Below are positions 22,188 to 38,619 of a DNA stretch of 64,000 nucleotides, piece by piece. The stretch comes from Kofleriaceae bacterium. Its GTDB lineage: Bacteria > Myxococcota_A > Polyangia > Haliangiales > Haliangiaceae. The notes under the pieces were generated by a model. It was not told where the DNA came from. It saw only the letters and a list, made by a program, of their open reading frames with translations, and did no database searches. The stretch spans positions 32,001 through 96,000 of the forward strand of contig CBDCCZ010000014.1 in assembly GCA_965215005.1 (NCBI GenBank). The letters run 5' to 3'. How positions within the stretch are numbered: the first letter of the stretch is position 1; every line of letters starts with the position of its first letter. Position numbers and translations under genes: made by a program.

Positions 22188-23579
22188 ATGGTCGCCGTAG
22201 CACCCCATGAGCAATCCGCCGCAGCCACCGTCGCCGCGTTGCGCGACACCTTTCGCCAAGGCACCACCCGTCCGCACCGGTGGCGTGATGGCCAGCTCGC
22301 GGCGCTGCGGGCACTGTTCACTGATCGGCAATCCGAGCTCGAGGAGGCGCTCCACGCCGATCTCGGAAAGTCGCGGTTCGAAGCGTATCTGGCGGAAATC
22401 GCGCTGTGCATCAAAGATATCGATCACGCCCGCGCGCACCTGCGCGACTGGATGCAACCGGAGCGCGTTGCTGCGCCGCTCGCGCTGCAGCCGGCGCGAG
22501 CGCGCATTCAACGTGAGCCGCTCGGGGTGGTCCTCATCATCGGCCCGTGGAACTACCCGCTCCAGCTGGCGCTGATGCCGCTCGTGGGTGCGCTCGCCGC
22601 GGGCAACTGCGCGATCGTCAAGCCCTCCGAAATCGCCGCCAACACCTCGCGGCTGCTGGCCGAGCTGGTGCCGCAGTACCTCGACTCCACCGCGGTGCGC
22701 GTCGTCGAAGGCGGGGTGCCCGAGACCACCGCACTGCTCGCGGAGCGCTTCGATCATATCTTCTACACCGGCAACGGCGCCGTCGGCCGGATCGTCATGA
22801 CCGCCGCGGCCAAGCACCTCACACCGGTGACCCTCGAGCTCGGCGGCAAGAGCCCGACCATCGTCGATGACACCGCCGACCTCGACGTCGCGGCGCGGCG
22901 GATCGTCTGGGCGAAGTTCTTCAATGCCGGGCAAACCTGCGTCGCACCCGACTACGTGCTTGCCCACCAGCGCATTCTCGAGCCGCTCACCCGCAAGCTA
23001 ACCGCGGCGGTGCGCGACTTCTTTGGCGACGATCCGGCGACCAGCCGCGACTACGGCCGAATCATCAATGAGCGCCATCATGCGCGTCTGAGCAAGCTCG
23101 CCAGCGACGGCCGCGCGGTCTGCGGCGGCACCGGCGATGCATCGAGCCGCTATTTGGCGCCAACCATTCTGCGCGACGTAACACCAGAGTCTGCGGTAAT
23201 GCAGGAAGAGATCTTTGGCCCCATCCTGCCGGTGCTATCGGTGGCCTCGGTGCGCGAAGCCGTCAACTTCATCACCGAGCGCGACAAGCCACTGGCTTTG
23301 TATGTCTTCACCAGTGATCGCGAGACGGCGCGGCGAGTCTTGGAAGAGACCAGCTCGGGAGGCGCGTGCGTCAACGACGCCATCACGCATCTATCGGTGC
23401 TCGATCTGCCGTTTGGCGGGGTTGGCGAGAGTGGCATGGGCGCCTATCACGGCCGCGCCAGCTTCGAGACCTTCTCGCATCGCAAGAGCGTGCTCGACAA
23501 GTCGAGTCACCTCGACCTGCCGCTGCGGTATCCGCCCTACGACGACCGCAAGGCCAAGTGGATAAAGCGCCTCATGTGA
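22188..23579 (+). CDS. NAD(P)-dependent aldehyde dehydrogenase (ALDH3/coniferyl-aldehyde type)
   Basis: PWNYP, KPSE, FYTG, LELGGKSP, NAGQTCVAPDY, EEIFGP, PFGGVGESG; GGAGG RBS. Confidence 0.95.
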   Translation: MVAVAPHEQSAAATVAALRDTFRQGTTRPHRWRDGQLAALRALFTDRQSELEEALHADLGKSRFEAYLAEIALCIKDIDHARAHLRDWMQPERVAAPLALQPARARIQREPLGVVLIIGPWNYPLQLALMPLVGALAAGNCAIVKPSEIAANTSRLLAELVPQYLDSTAVRVVEGGVPETTALLAERFDHIFYTGNGAVGRIVMTAAAKHLTPVTLELGGKSPTIVDDTADLDVAARRIVWAKFFNAGQTCVAPDYVLAHQRILEPLTRKLTAAVRDFFGDDPATSRDYGRIINERHHARLSKLASDGRAVCGGTGDASSRYLAPTILRDVTPESAVMQEEIFGPILPVLSVASVREAVNFITERDKPLALYVFTSDRETARRVLEETSSGGACVNDAITHLSVLDLPFGGVGESGMGAYHGRASFETFSHRKSVLDKSSHLDLPLRYPPYDDRKAKWIKRLM

Positions 23580-23629
23580 GCCCGAGCCGCTCGTGGTGGG
23601 AGTTGATGTGGGCGCCGCCCTGTGGCCTC

Positions 23630-23857
23630 TCACTCGTAGTGTTTATGTCCCGCCACAGCGGCTGCAGTGACCCGCGCAGACCTCGCGCCACCCAAATCGG
23701 CGAAGTCGAGATGCTGCGCGCAGGCGAGGTAATAGAGCTCGTCGCGGAAATAGCCATAGCCACGAGCCGTGAGCAGATGCGCCACCGTGGTGGTCGCAGC
23801 GAGTGCCAAGAGAAGCGGGTCGAAGCGATCATGGGTGTTGCCGAAGCAGCGTTGCAT
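23630..23857 (-). pseudogene. 5' fragment of a GT39/ArnT-like (GT-C) glycosyltransferase
   Basis: TM followed by GYGYFRDELYYLACAQHLD, the typical N-terminal acidic loop of GT-C enzymes; similarity stops abruptly after about 55 aa. Confidence 0.6.
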
Positions 23858-23940
23858 GGGAAGGCTCCGGCGCAGCCGCGCCTGCGAGGGATTCTACTTC
23901 GGCAACGCGCGGCTATACAGCAGTGAGCGCCGCTGGCGCC

Positions 23941-24183
23941 TCACGAGCGCATCAGCGCCTGCGAGCTCGCAGGCTCATCGCCAAGCGACTGATGAGGTCG
24001 CACCCGCGCGTGCTCGGCGCACCAACAGAGGTCACAGATCTCGAACTCGACCATCCCAGCGCACCACGGAATGCTGCGTGTGCAGCGATTGCAGGTAAAG
24101 CGCGCCCCAGCGCACTCGCCGCACGGACACACGTCGTCGCTGAGGCGATCGCCGCTCAATTGGTCGAGGGTGTTGTCGATCAT
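23941..24183 (-). CDS. Small Cys-rich putative metal-binding protein
   Basis: CPCGEC..CNRC..C..CDLCWC in 80 aa; purine-rich stretch before ATG 24183 (alternative ATG 24207). Confidence 0.35.
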   Translation of the reverse strand: MIDNTLDQLSGDRLSDDVCPCGECAGARFTCNRCTRSIPWCAGMVEFEICDLCWCAEHARVRPHQSLGDEPASSQALMRS

Positions 24184-24423
24184 ACGTCTCTCGCTGCTGA
24201 GGTTCATGGGTGTCGCGCGGTGGTCTGCAACGACAGGACCAAACTCGAGCGTCGAGAATGACAACAAATCGTGAGGAGCTCTGCGCAGTTAGGTGACAGC
24301 GCGGGAACCACCGGCGAGCACGATCGAGACGCTGCCCCCGGCGCTGTGGCGGCTTGCCACGAGCGCCTCCCGGGCTCGGGAGCCCCGCGGAGAAGGGTCC
24401 GCGCAGGCGGGCGCTGGCCCTTG

Positions 24424-26187
24424 CTACTCGATCGGCACGACGCGCTCGGTCCACTGGGCAATGTGGTTGCTGGTCTCGATGTTCTGAAATGGCAGGCGGA
24501 ACGCAGGGGCACTGACCGCACCAGAAGCGGCGCGAGCGGGAAAGAACGGCGCCATCCAAATCTGCGGCCGCCCCTCGCCCAGGCGCACTCCAAAGGCCCG
24601 CTTGGACGAGAACGTGAGCCAAAACAGGGGCTCGGCCGCTTCGCCTTCGCCGTAGACCTGCTCGAACGGAGCCCAACGCACCCAAGAGTTGGTGAGCCCG
24701 GGGGCTTCATTGGGCGCTTCGAGCTTGATCGGCGGAACCGAGCCATCGGCTTTGACCACCCACAGCTCGGCAGACGCATCGTCGTAAGCATCCTCGTTGG
24801 ATTTGTTGAAGGCCACCCACTGGCCATCCGGTGACCAGGACGGGTAGTAGAGGTTCTGCGCTTCGGCATCCACTAGCGGCGTCGGCGCGCCGAAGGCAGC
24901 GGTCGCGGGATCGAAGCTGGCGGTCATGATGCGGCCGCCGGTGAAGGTCCAGTCGTTGGTGAACGTCGCGGCATCGGCAACCTCGACGAACACGATTGCG
25001 TCGCCGTTGGGCGAGAAGTCGGGGTGCGTGGCGCGGGCGACGCCCTCTACGGTGGAAACCGCCGTGCCGGCCACGTCGCGCAGCGTCAAGACGCCCTCTG
25101 AGCTGGTGACGATCCGCTCCGCCCCCGGCTCGAAGGTGGCAAAGTTCCACCGCAGCGCCTGCGCCGCGCCGACGATGGGCGTGCGGGTGGCGACGTCGAG
25201 AATCCAGCCCGGTCCGCCGCCGCCGGCGAGGGTGATGGCCATCGTACCGCCATCTCGAGAAAGCACGTGGCACGCGACGCAGCGTTGATTGGCGGGAACA
25301 TCCGGAGGAAGCTGCGGCGGGGTGTAGAACTCCTCAGCGGCTTCGCCCGGCCGCCCCATGTCATGGCGATAGATGCCTTCAGGGGTTGCCCCCGTGGCGG
25401 ACGCCGCCGCCCAATAGTAGAGGCCACCCTCGATGTTCTGGCTGGAGAGCGCGACCTCCACCGAGGTCGAGCGTCCAGCGGTGGTCGGATTGGCCGTCGA
25501 AAGACCGCGCACCGCCACCTGGAACGATTCGCCCGCGGCGGACGCAGCAATCGTTGCCCACTCCTCGGTCAGCACGCTTAGCCACGCGGCCGCGCCCGGC
25601 GCCCCCGTGGTGTAGGCGCGAAGGTCGAGGAACTCGGTGGCGAGTCGCAGCTCGTAGAGATCGAGCGCGCCGGCGCTGGTCCAGTGGACTTCGAAGTCGC
25701 CAAGGTTGAGCGGCATCACCGAGCCCGCGGCGGGATAGACGATGGTGGGCGCCATGGCCGGGTCGTCGGTGGCGTTGTCGAAGAGGGTGCGAGCGTCGGC
25801 GGGAGCGCCATCGACGATGCGCGTCTGCTCGACCCGAACGGTTACCGCGGCGGTGCCAAACTCGCCATCGACGGTGGCGGCGACCTCGCCGCGTCCGGCA
25901 GCGCGACCCGCCGCTTGCAGAGAGGTGCCGTCAAACGAGCCGAGCTGCGGCCGGTCGATGGTGAAGCTCGCCTCGGCCGTGACGTCTTCCGTGGAACCAT
26001 CGGCGTGGCGCTTCGTGACGGTGAAGGCTTGCTCAACCACCATGCCGTCGACCACGACCAGGGTTGCATCCGCCGGCTCGATGACCAGCGTCTCTACGCC
26101 CGCATCACCAGCGCCAGACGCGCCGTCCTGACCTCCGCAGGCGACCACGAGGAGAGAACATGCAAAAAGCGGGTAAAGAGCGCGCAT
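24424..26187 (-). CDS. Lipoprotein with Ig-like N-terminus and TolB-like/PD40 beta-propeller
   Basis: Lipobox VVAC, HPDFSPNG and YYPSWSPDGQW PD40 repeats, LYYW, CVACH, WLTFSSKR; AAGGA RBS. Confidence 0.85.
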   Translation of the reverse strand: MRALYPLFACSLLVVACGGQDGASGAGDAGVETLVIEPADATLVVVDGMVVEQAFTVTKRHADGSTEDVTAEASFTIDRPQLGSFDGTSLQAAGRAAGRGEVAATVDGEFGTAAVTVRVEQTRIVDGAPADARTLFDNATDDPAMAPTIVYPAAGSVMPLNLGDFEVHWTSAGALDLYELRLATEFLDLRAYTTGAPGAAAWLSVLTEEWATIAASAAGESFQVAVRGLSTANPTTAGRSTSVEVALSSQNIEGGLYYWAAASATGATPEGIYRHDMGRPGEAAEEFYTPPQLPPDVPANQRCVACHVLSRDGGTMAITLAGGGGPGWILDVATRTPIVGAAQALRWNFATFEPGAERIVTSSEGVLTLRDVAGTAVSTVEGVARATHPDFSPNGDAIVFVEVADAATFTNDWTFTGGRIMTASFDPATAAFGAPTPLVDAEAQNLYYPSWSPDGQWVAFNKSNEDAYDDASAELWVVKADGSVPPIKLEAPNEAPGLTNSWVRWAPFEQVYGEGEAAEPLFWLTFSSKRAFGVRLGEGRPQIWMAPFFPARAASGAVSAPAFRLPFQNIETSNHIAQWTERVVPIE

Positions 26188-26400
26188 GAGGTCCTTTGGC
26201 GAAGCCGAGAAAATGCCGAGCGTGGAAGGTAACACAGGGGCACGGCTTCGCCGACGCCGATCTTTGCTAGCAGAAGGCGAGGTTCTGCGCCCGTGACGCA
26301 AGCGAAGGCTACTCGCCCAACGGCGGCAAACACCGCTCAGCAACCGCTGTGAGCCAAACCACGACGGTTGCACGAATCGCTGCGAGGCGCTCGGGGACGT

Positions 26401-28443
26401 TCAACGCGCGGTCAGCACCATGAACTGACGAGGCAAGAGCGATACCTCGCCGCCCTCGATCGTCGTATTGGTCATCTGGTCCATGTAACTGCCTACGGGC
26501 ACGCTCACGACGCGCGCATCATCGGCGCGATTGATGGCAACGATGACCTCTTCGAAGGCCGCGCCGCAGCCGCCCATTCGATACACCCACGTGTCGCCGC
26601 TCACCGAAAGGGTCGTCCGCGCCCCGCGACCGAGTGCCTGGTAGGTTGCACGCAGGTGGGCAAGGCGCTTCACCGCGCTGCGTAGCGCTCGCTGGTGCGG
26701 GTTCAACGTCGAGTCGTCCCACGGCATCATCCGCCGGTTGTCGGGATCGCCGCCACCGGCGAGTCCGATCTCGTCGCCATAATAGATGAGGGGGATGCCG
26801 GGATTGGTGAGCATGACGGCGAACGCCAGCGCCAGCCGTTCGTAGGGAACGGCATCGGTCGGTTGGGCAAAGCTCGCCTGCCACGCGTTGCCGGCATGGC
26901 TGCCTTCCGTGCAGTTGCCAAACGTCCAGTCGGCGAAATGGATGGCGCGTGGGATGTCGTGGTTGCCGATCCAAGTCGTCATGATGGCGGCGCGATCATC
27001 GCGGTCGTAAAATCTATCGTTGCCGCGCAAGAATGCATCGAGGCTCGCGAGTCCGCCGGCGGGACTGAACACCGCTTCGCAGAGCTGCCGTTTCAATGGA
27101 AAGTCGAACTGCCCGTCGAGCATGGTGTCCGGATCGATGAAGCGCTTGAGCAAGTCGCGATCGAAGTAGTCGAAGGTTTCGCCCACTAGATAGAAGCGGT
27201 CGCCGTCGGGGCCGCTGAGCTCGCGATTGAGCCGAGTGCGCAAGTCCGTGAGCCAAGCGAGCGGCACATGCTTGATGGCATCGAGCCGATAGCCATCGAT
27301 GCCATACTCTTTGGCCCACCAGATGGCATCACTCACCGACCAAGCCCGAGCTCGGTCATTGTAGAGGTCGAGCGGCGGCAGATACTCGGTGAACGCGCAC
27401 CGCGTTCCCCAGTACGCATCGTCCCAACAGGAGCCGCCGCCGCAGTCTTCGCCGCACAACCGAAAGCGATCGCCATCGTAGGCGAACCACTCGGGATGCG
27501 CGCTGAAGACGCCGCTTTGCGCATCGACGTGATTCATTACGTAATCGAACAGCACCTTGATGCCGTGGCCGTTGGCGCTGCGGGCGGCGTGCGCGGTATC
27601 GACCAGGGCGTGCAAATCGCGGTCATCACCGATGCGCGATTCCACCGCCGGTCGCGGGCTTGGCGCATCGGGATCGGCATAACTGATGTTCGCCGGTGAC
27701 GGCCAATAGCCGTGGTAGCCGGAGTATTGCTTATTGTCGCTGATGCCGGCGCCCGCGCTATCGCGATTCTCGAAAGGCGCCGAGAGCCACAGCGAGGTAA
27801 CCCCGAGGTCCACCAGATACGGCAGCTTGGCGCGTACGCCGGCGAGGTCGCCGCCTTCGTATTGCCCACTCGAGCCGCGCGCCGCGTCGCCATCGGTTAC
27901 TCCAGGCACCGGCGAAGCCTGCCCATCGCTGTCAAAGAATCGGTCCGTCATCGCGAAGTACATGACGGTGTCGCGCCAATCGAAGTCCTGGGGTGCGCCG
28001 CAGCTGGCGGCTCTATCCTCGCAGCGATACACGCTATTGAATCCGCCATAGCCATCGTCTTCGGCGTCGGGATTGCTCGTATCGGACAGCCACTGGCCAT
28101 CGACGATGAGCTTGTAGCGATGGATGCCCGCGGCGAGAGCGGCCTCGAGCTCCCAGACCGCGCCGCGCAGCGTCATCGGCAAAGCGCCTTCGGCAATCGT
28201 GGCGGCCCACGGCACCGGCTCGGTAAAGGAGCCGGTTACCAGCACCTCGGCGGCCGTTGCGTAACCGGACAGTCGCAGCGCCAGCTCGCACCCCGGGGTT
28301 TCGTCCGGGTCCGTCGGCGCTGCGTCAACGCCCGGGTCAGGTTCCACGCCAGCGTCGGACTGCTCCGCGGAGGTGCCAGCGCACGCCGCCGCCAACAAGG
28401 TGAGTAAACAAACAGCGACGTCTCCTATGGGCGCGCAGCGCAT
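26401..28443 (-). CDS. GH13 alpha-amylase/neopullulanase-like lipoprotein with N-terminal glycogen-binding (CBM48/E-set) domain
   Basis: Lipobox LAAAC; YKLIVDGQW; GH13 regions DYVMNH, GYRLDAIKH, GETF, WIGNHD, GIPLIYYGDEIG. Confidence 0.93.
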   Translation of the reverse strand: MRCAPIGDVAVCLLTLLAAACAGTSAEQSDAGVEPDPGVDAAPTDPDETPGCELALRLSGYATAAEVLVTGSFTEPVPWAATIAEGALPMTLRGAVWELEAALAAGIHRYKLIVDGQWLSDTSNPDAEDDGYGGFNSVYRCEDRAASCGAPQDFDWRDTVMYFAMTDRFFDSDGQASPVPGVTDGDAARGSSGQYEGGDLAGVRAKLPYLVDLGVTSLWLSAPFENRDSAGAGISDNKQYSGYHGYWPSPANISYADPDAPSPRPAVESRIGDDRDLHALVDTAHAARSANGHGIKVLFDYVMNHVDAQSGVFSAHPEWFAYDGDRFRLCGEDCGGGSCWDDAYWGTRCAFTEYLPPLDLYNDRARAWSVSDAIWWAKEYGIDGYRLDAIKHVPLAWLTDLRTRLNRELSGPDGDRFYLVGETFDYFDRDLLKRFIDPDTMLDGQFDFPLKRQLCEAVFSPAGGLASLDAFLRGNDRFYDRDDRAAIMTTWIGNHDIPRAIHFADWTFGNCTEGSHAGNAWQASFAQPTDAVPYERLALAFAVMLTNPGIPLIYYGDEIGLAGGGDPDNRRMMPWDDSTLNPHQRALRSAVKRLAHLRATYQALGRGARTTLSVSGDTWVYRMGGCGAAFEEVIVAINRADDARVVSVPVGSYMDQMTNTTIEGGEVSLLPRQFMVLTAR

Positions 28444-28497
28444 TGAGATCAAGGCAGCTCCTCTCGCGTCCAAAGACGCAGCGTGTGCTGCCGTCAA

Positions 28498-28593
28498 TCC
28501 AAGCGCCGTGCCAGCAAGACTTGAACGCTGCGCGCAGTCAACGGCGTGTTGCGCGCCGCGACGGACGCACCTGACGGCGTTGACGAATGCAAC
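28498..28593 (-). promoter_or_regulatory. Candidate sigma-54 promoter with two upstream enhancer palindromes
   Basis: Minus-strand TGGCACGGCGCTTGGA (28513-28498); GTTGC-N5-GCGAC (28548-28562) and GTTGA-N5-GCAAC (28579-28593). Confidence 0.5.
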
Positions 28594-28732
28594 CTCGTGC
28601 GCCATGCAGTCACAGAGCCAGCGATGGCGCGGCTCAAGCTTGCGCATGCTCTTCGAGCGCCGCGCGGCTCACCTCGTGTGCGCACGGCAGTGTCGCATCA
28701 GCCGCAGACCACGCGGCTACAGGCAAGCGAGG

Positions 28733-29383
28733 CTATTGCTCGCCGGGGGCGACCTCGTCGCTGCTCGGGCGGGCGCTTACCTCGACCTTGGCCGCGTTTC
28801 GCTGGGCTCCGCGTTCCGCCGCCGGTAACAAGGCGACCTCCAGCTGGCCGAGCCGCTCGAGCTCATCGAGGGCGTTGAAACCGCCGATGAAGTCGCCGCG
28901 AACGAACACGTACGGGACCGTGTTCTGCTTGGTTTCAGCCACGAGGCGGGTCTCGAAACGCGACGCCAGCTCGTCATCGTCGAGGTCGACGTAGTCATAG
29001 TCGACCTTGCGCTTCTCGAGCAGCGTGATCGCCCTGCCCGTCCACGGGCACGAGGTGCGTCCGTAGATCTGCGCCGAGAGCTCGGGGTTGCCGAGGGCAT
29101 CGTCTGCGACCGCAACAGAGGCCCCCGGAGCCGGAGCCATTGCCGCCGCGTGCGCCGCCGCCGCCGCGCTGGCAACCTCACCGTCCTGGCGCGAATGGTA
29201 GTCCTTACCGCGCGCCGCATCGACCTTCTTGCGCAGCGCGACGTATCGAGGATCGCGCAAGACCTTGTCCTGGATGAAATCGCGGACCTCGCCGCCGACC
29301 TCATCGGCGCGGTTGAACGCGGCGACGAGACCGGTCGCGGTACGGTGAAGGGCCTTGCGGCCATAGCGGGCAATGGACTCCAT
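28733..29383 (-). CDS. Glutaredoxin domain protein (CPWT, single active-site Cys) with N-terminal extension
   Basis: IYGRTSCPWT, TVPYVFVRGDFIGGF; start MESIARY preceded by TAAGGT-N7. Confidence 0.85.
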   Translation of the reverse strand: MESIARYGRKALHRTATGLVAAFNRADEVGGEVRDFIQDKVLRDPRYVALRKKVDAARGKDYHSRQDGEVASAAAAAHAAAMAPAPGASVAVADDALGNPELSAQIYGRTSCPWTGRAITLLEKRKVDYDYVDLDDDELASRFETRLVAETKQNTVPYVFVRGDFIGGFNALDELERLGQLEVALLPAAERGAQRNAAKVEVSARPSSDEVAPGEQ

Positions 29384-29393
29384 CGGCGGCACC

Positions 29394-29948
29394 TTAGCGG
29401 TCGCCTGAGCCGTGATCAACGGGGCGCGACCACACCCGCGACACCAGCTCGCCGCGGCCCTGCAGGTCGACGAGCTCCCGGCGACCACCCACGCACTCGC
29501 CTGCAATGAACACCACCGGCAGCTCGCGGCCACCGCTATCGCGCGCCACGGCCTCGGTCGTGGCCTCATCGTCTTCGACGTTCCGAACCTCGTACGGCAC
29601 CGCCACGCTCTGCAACAGCTCGCAGATCGCGTCGAGCTCGCGGCGGTACTTGTCTTTGTGAAACACCACCACCGGCGCCGCCTCCGGATCCGCGGCGACG
29701 TCGACTTGGCTGCGCTGCGCGATAACCGCCTCGAGAGCGCGACGCTCGGCCAGCTCCTCCTGGGAGCACAGCGGCCGACCGAGGCGATCATTGGCAAACC
29801 GTACCGCCGCCTTCGACCACCGCAATGGCGGCAGTCGGTCGCCGCGACGCGACGCGACGAGTTGAAAAACGCCCGCGCGCAGACGGTCGAGGATCGCACT
29901 CGCGGGCCCCGCGTCGGCCGAGGAAACATCGATGACTGGTTCGGACAC
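29394..29948 (-). CDS. Glutaredoxin-like protein lacking the active-site CxxC
   Basis: ELPVVFIAGECVGG glutaredoxin C-terminal motif; active-site position reads HKDKY; GAGGAG upstream. Confidence 0.7.
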   Translation of the reverse strand: MSEPVIDVSSADAGPASAILDRLRAGVFQLVASRRGDRLPPLRWSKAAVRFANDRLGRPLCSQEELAERRALEAVIAQRSQVDVAADPEAAPVVVFHKDKYRRELDAICELLQSVAVPYEVRNVEDDEATTEAVARDSGGRELPVVFIAGECVGGRRELVDLQGRGELVSRVWSRPVDHGSGDR

Positions 29949-30022
29949 GAAGACTCCTCGGGAGGCCGGCGGCCACGCCCGTTGATGGCGCGCACCGCCG
30001 GCGGCGGCTACTCACGGCACTC

Positions 30023-30057
30023 ATTGGTGACAGGGGCAGACCGCCCCCGTCACCAAT
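30023..30057 (-). terminator. Stem-loop downstream of the activase/dehydratase operon
   Basis: ATTGGTGACGGGGGC-GGTCT-GCCCCTGTCACCAAT on the minus strand: 15-bp stem with one G-U pair, 15 nt after the stop; no U-tract. Confidence 0.65.
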
Positions 30058-30071
30058 CCCGTGGTGCGTTC

Positions 30072-31919
<1,848 letters not shown>

Positions 31920-31942
31920 TGGAACAGTTCCTCCTCGGGGGC

Positions 31943-35545
<3,603 letters not shown>

Positions 35546-35574
35546 GCGCTGGTACCCCCGGGTCGAAACCCATA

Positions 35575-35618
35575 GCTAGACTGACGCGTCAGTCTAGCCA
35601 CCGACTGACATGTCAGTC
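35575..35618. promoter_or_regulatory. Tandem TetR-type operator (GACTGAC-N2-GTCAGTC x2) overlapping a probable promoter
   Basis: Perfect 24-bp palindrome GCTAGACTGACGCGTCAGTCTAGC (35575-35598) and perfect 16-bp GACTGACATGTCAGTC (35603-35618), lying between the TetR gene and the activase start. Confidence 0.85.
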
Positions 35619-35707
35619 CAGTGCCACGAGCATCGCCAGCAATAAAAAAACGCGTAGCGATCTCAAGCACCTAAATAGGCTCACAGGCCCGACCGCAAGG
35701 AGCGGTT

Positions 35708-36349
35708 TCAGCCTTGGAAGACGCCGCGGAGGGCGAAGGAGATGAGCTCGTCGACGATGGCCTCGGTGCTGGGAGGCTCACTGGCGTCGATGGCGTCTTG
35801 CACCACGCCGCGCACCGCGCCGAGCAAGGCTGCGGCGACCAAGCGACTGTTGCAGGGACGTACGAGCCCCATTTCCAGGCCGTGGTCCAACGACGACCGA
35901 ATCAACTCTTTGATTTCGCGATAGAAACCGTCGACGCGAGCAGCGGCCTCGACATCGGCGGCTTGTCCATGGAGGAGCAAGATTTGCGTCAGCGGGCGCT
36001 CACCGAGCACGTAATCGAAGACGCGCACCAGGCTGTCGCGAAGCTGCTGCTTGGGAGGAGCCGCCCTGGGATCGGCGACCTCGATGCGCAGGATCCGCGC
36101 GCGCAGCGCCCGCAGGGCCTCCTCGAGGATCGAGGCAAACACCTTCTCTTTGCTCTCGAAATAGAGATAGAAGGTCCCGCGGGCGATGTCGGCGCGGCGA
36201 ATGATCTCGTTGATCGAGGCCTTATGATAGCCGCGGTCGGCAATGACCTCTTTCGCGGCGGCCAAGATCTGGCTGCGGCGATGTTCGCGAGCTTGTGCGG
36301 AGCGAAGCTCCGTATCAGAGAGTTGGTCGGACACGGTATGCGGGGCCAC
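35708..36349 (-). CDS. TetR/AcrR family transcriptional regulator
   Basis: RRSQILAAAKEVIADRGY..INEIIRRADIARGTFYLYFESKE HTH; start GTG 36349 (or 36334). Confidence 0.93.
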   Translation of the reverse strand: MAPHTVSDQLSDTELRSAQAREHRRSQILAAAKEVIADRGYHKASINEIIRRADIARGTFYLYFESKEKVFASILEEALRALRARILRIEVADPRAAPPKQQLRDSLVRVFDYVLGERPLTQILLLHGQAADVEAAARVDGFYREIKELIRSSLDHGLEMGLVRPCNSRLVAAALLGAVRGVVQDAIDASEPPSTEAIVDELISFALRGVFQG

Positions 36350-36440
36350 CCTCGGCGAGGATAACGCATTGCTGGTGTGACCAGTGCGGTTCCAACGGGA
36401 CTCCAACGCGGTTCTCGCACGCCTTAAGGCTCACGCCGAC

Positions 36441-37667
<1,227 letters not shown>

Positions 37668-38007
37668 GGCGTGAGTAACGAGAGGAACGCAACGGACCAA
37701 CGTTGGTAGCGTACTCACGCATGGCTCGCAAGAGTCACCGCCGCGTCACCCGTCCACGCTAGGCCGCTCACGGATTGGTCCGATCTTTACGGATCTACTC
37801 GTAGCCAGAGCGCTGCCGATTGTTCTTGGAGAAGACGCGGCCCCTGTGCGGCTCTCCGCGTGCTCACACTGTGACGCGTATTTCATGCTCTTCTGCGTCA
37901 GCTGCGCCTACAGCAGCGCAAGGACACGGCCGTGTAGGCTTCAAAAACCCTGCGCAGCGGTGCGTTGGAGCACCTGAGCTCGCCGGGATCGGCTGTAAGC
38001 TAGACCT

Positions 38008-38520
38008 ATGTGTCGACGCTCCTTCGTCCTCTTAGCAGTGTTACTCGGGTCGATGAGCTGCAGTGCAGAGCCCGCAGAAGTCGTTGGTACGTACGAGATG
38101 ACGCTCATCAATCAAAGTGACGGCTGCAGGCTGGATATGCAGCCTGGAGACGCGATCGACGACGTCTCCATGACCTTCAGCCAAGATGGCTCGAAGATCA
38201 CCGGCAGCGTTGACGGAGTCGCCGGCACTCTGCTTCAGCTTTGGCTCGGCGAACAAACCTTCGCCGGCACGGTCGACAGCAGCGCGTTTCAGTTCCGCAT
38301 CGCCGGCTCCAGAGCCCAGCAGCAGGGCAACTGTGCCTATACAATCGATATCGACGCGGTGGGACGCGTCGCGGGGGATCAAGTGCGCGATGGCATCCTG
38401 CGCTGGCGGCCGCGCACCAATGACAACAGTGATTGCGGTTTCTTAGCGAGCTGTGTGACGGTCCAGAGCTTCAGTGGCCGCCGGCTGCCGCTAGCCGACG
38501 CTGGCGCGGCGTTGCGTTAG
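38008..38520 (+). CDS. Hypothetical lipoprotein
   Basis: Lipobox-like GSMSC, beta-rich, paired Cys. Confidence 0.7.
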   Translation: MCRRSFVLLAVLLGSMSCSAEPAEVVGTYEMTLINQSDGCRLDMQPGDAIDDVSMTFSQDGSKITGSVDGVAGTLLQLWLGEQTFAGTVDSSAFQFRIAGSRAQQQGNCAYTIDIDAVGRVAGDQVRDGILRWRPRTNDNSDCGFLASCVTVQSFSGRRLPLADAGAALR

Positions 38521-38605
38521 TCGACGTGCGTTCCGCAACGGGCTCGCTGCGTCGCCTTAGAGTGACCAGACAAATCAGTACGTTGCGCATGGCAAGGCGG
38601 TTGCT
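38511..38605 (+). promoter_or_regulatory. Sigma-54 promoter with IHF-like site and weak enhancer half-sites
   Basis: TGGCAAGGCGGTTGCT (38590-38605, exact GG-N10-GC); AATCAGTACGTTG (38573-38585, 1 mismatch to WATCAANNNNTTR); GTTGC/GCAAC half-sites 38511-38539. Confidence 0.65.
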
Positions 38606-38619
38606 AGGGAACGCTACCC

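Noticed and set aside
28733..29995. 420-aa version of the glutaredoxin ORF
   Set aside because: Its first ~200 aa are an off-frame read of the upstream Grx-like gene; the real start is 29383
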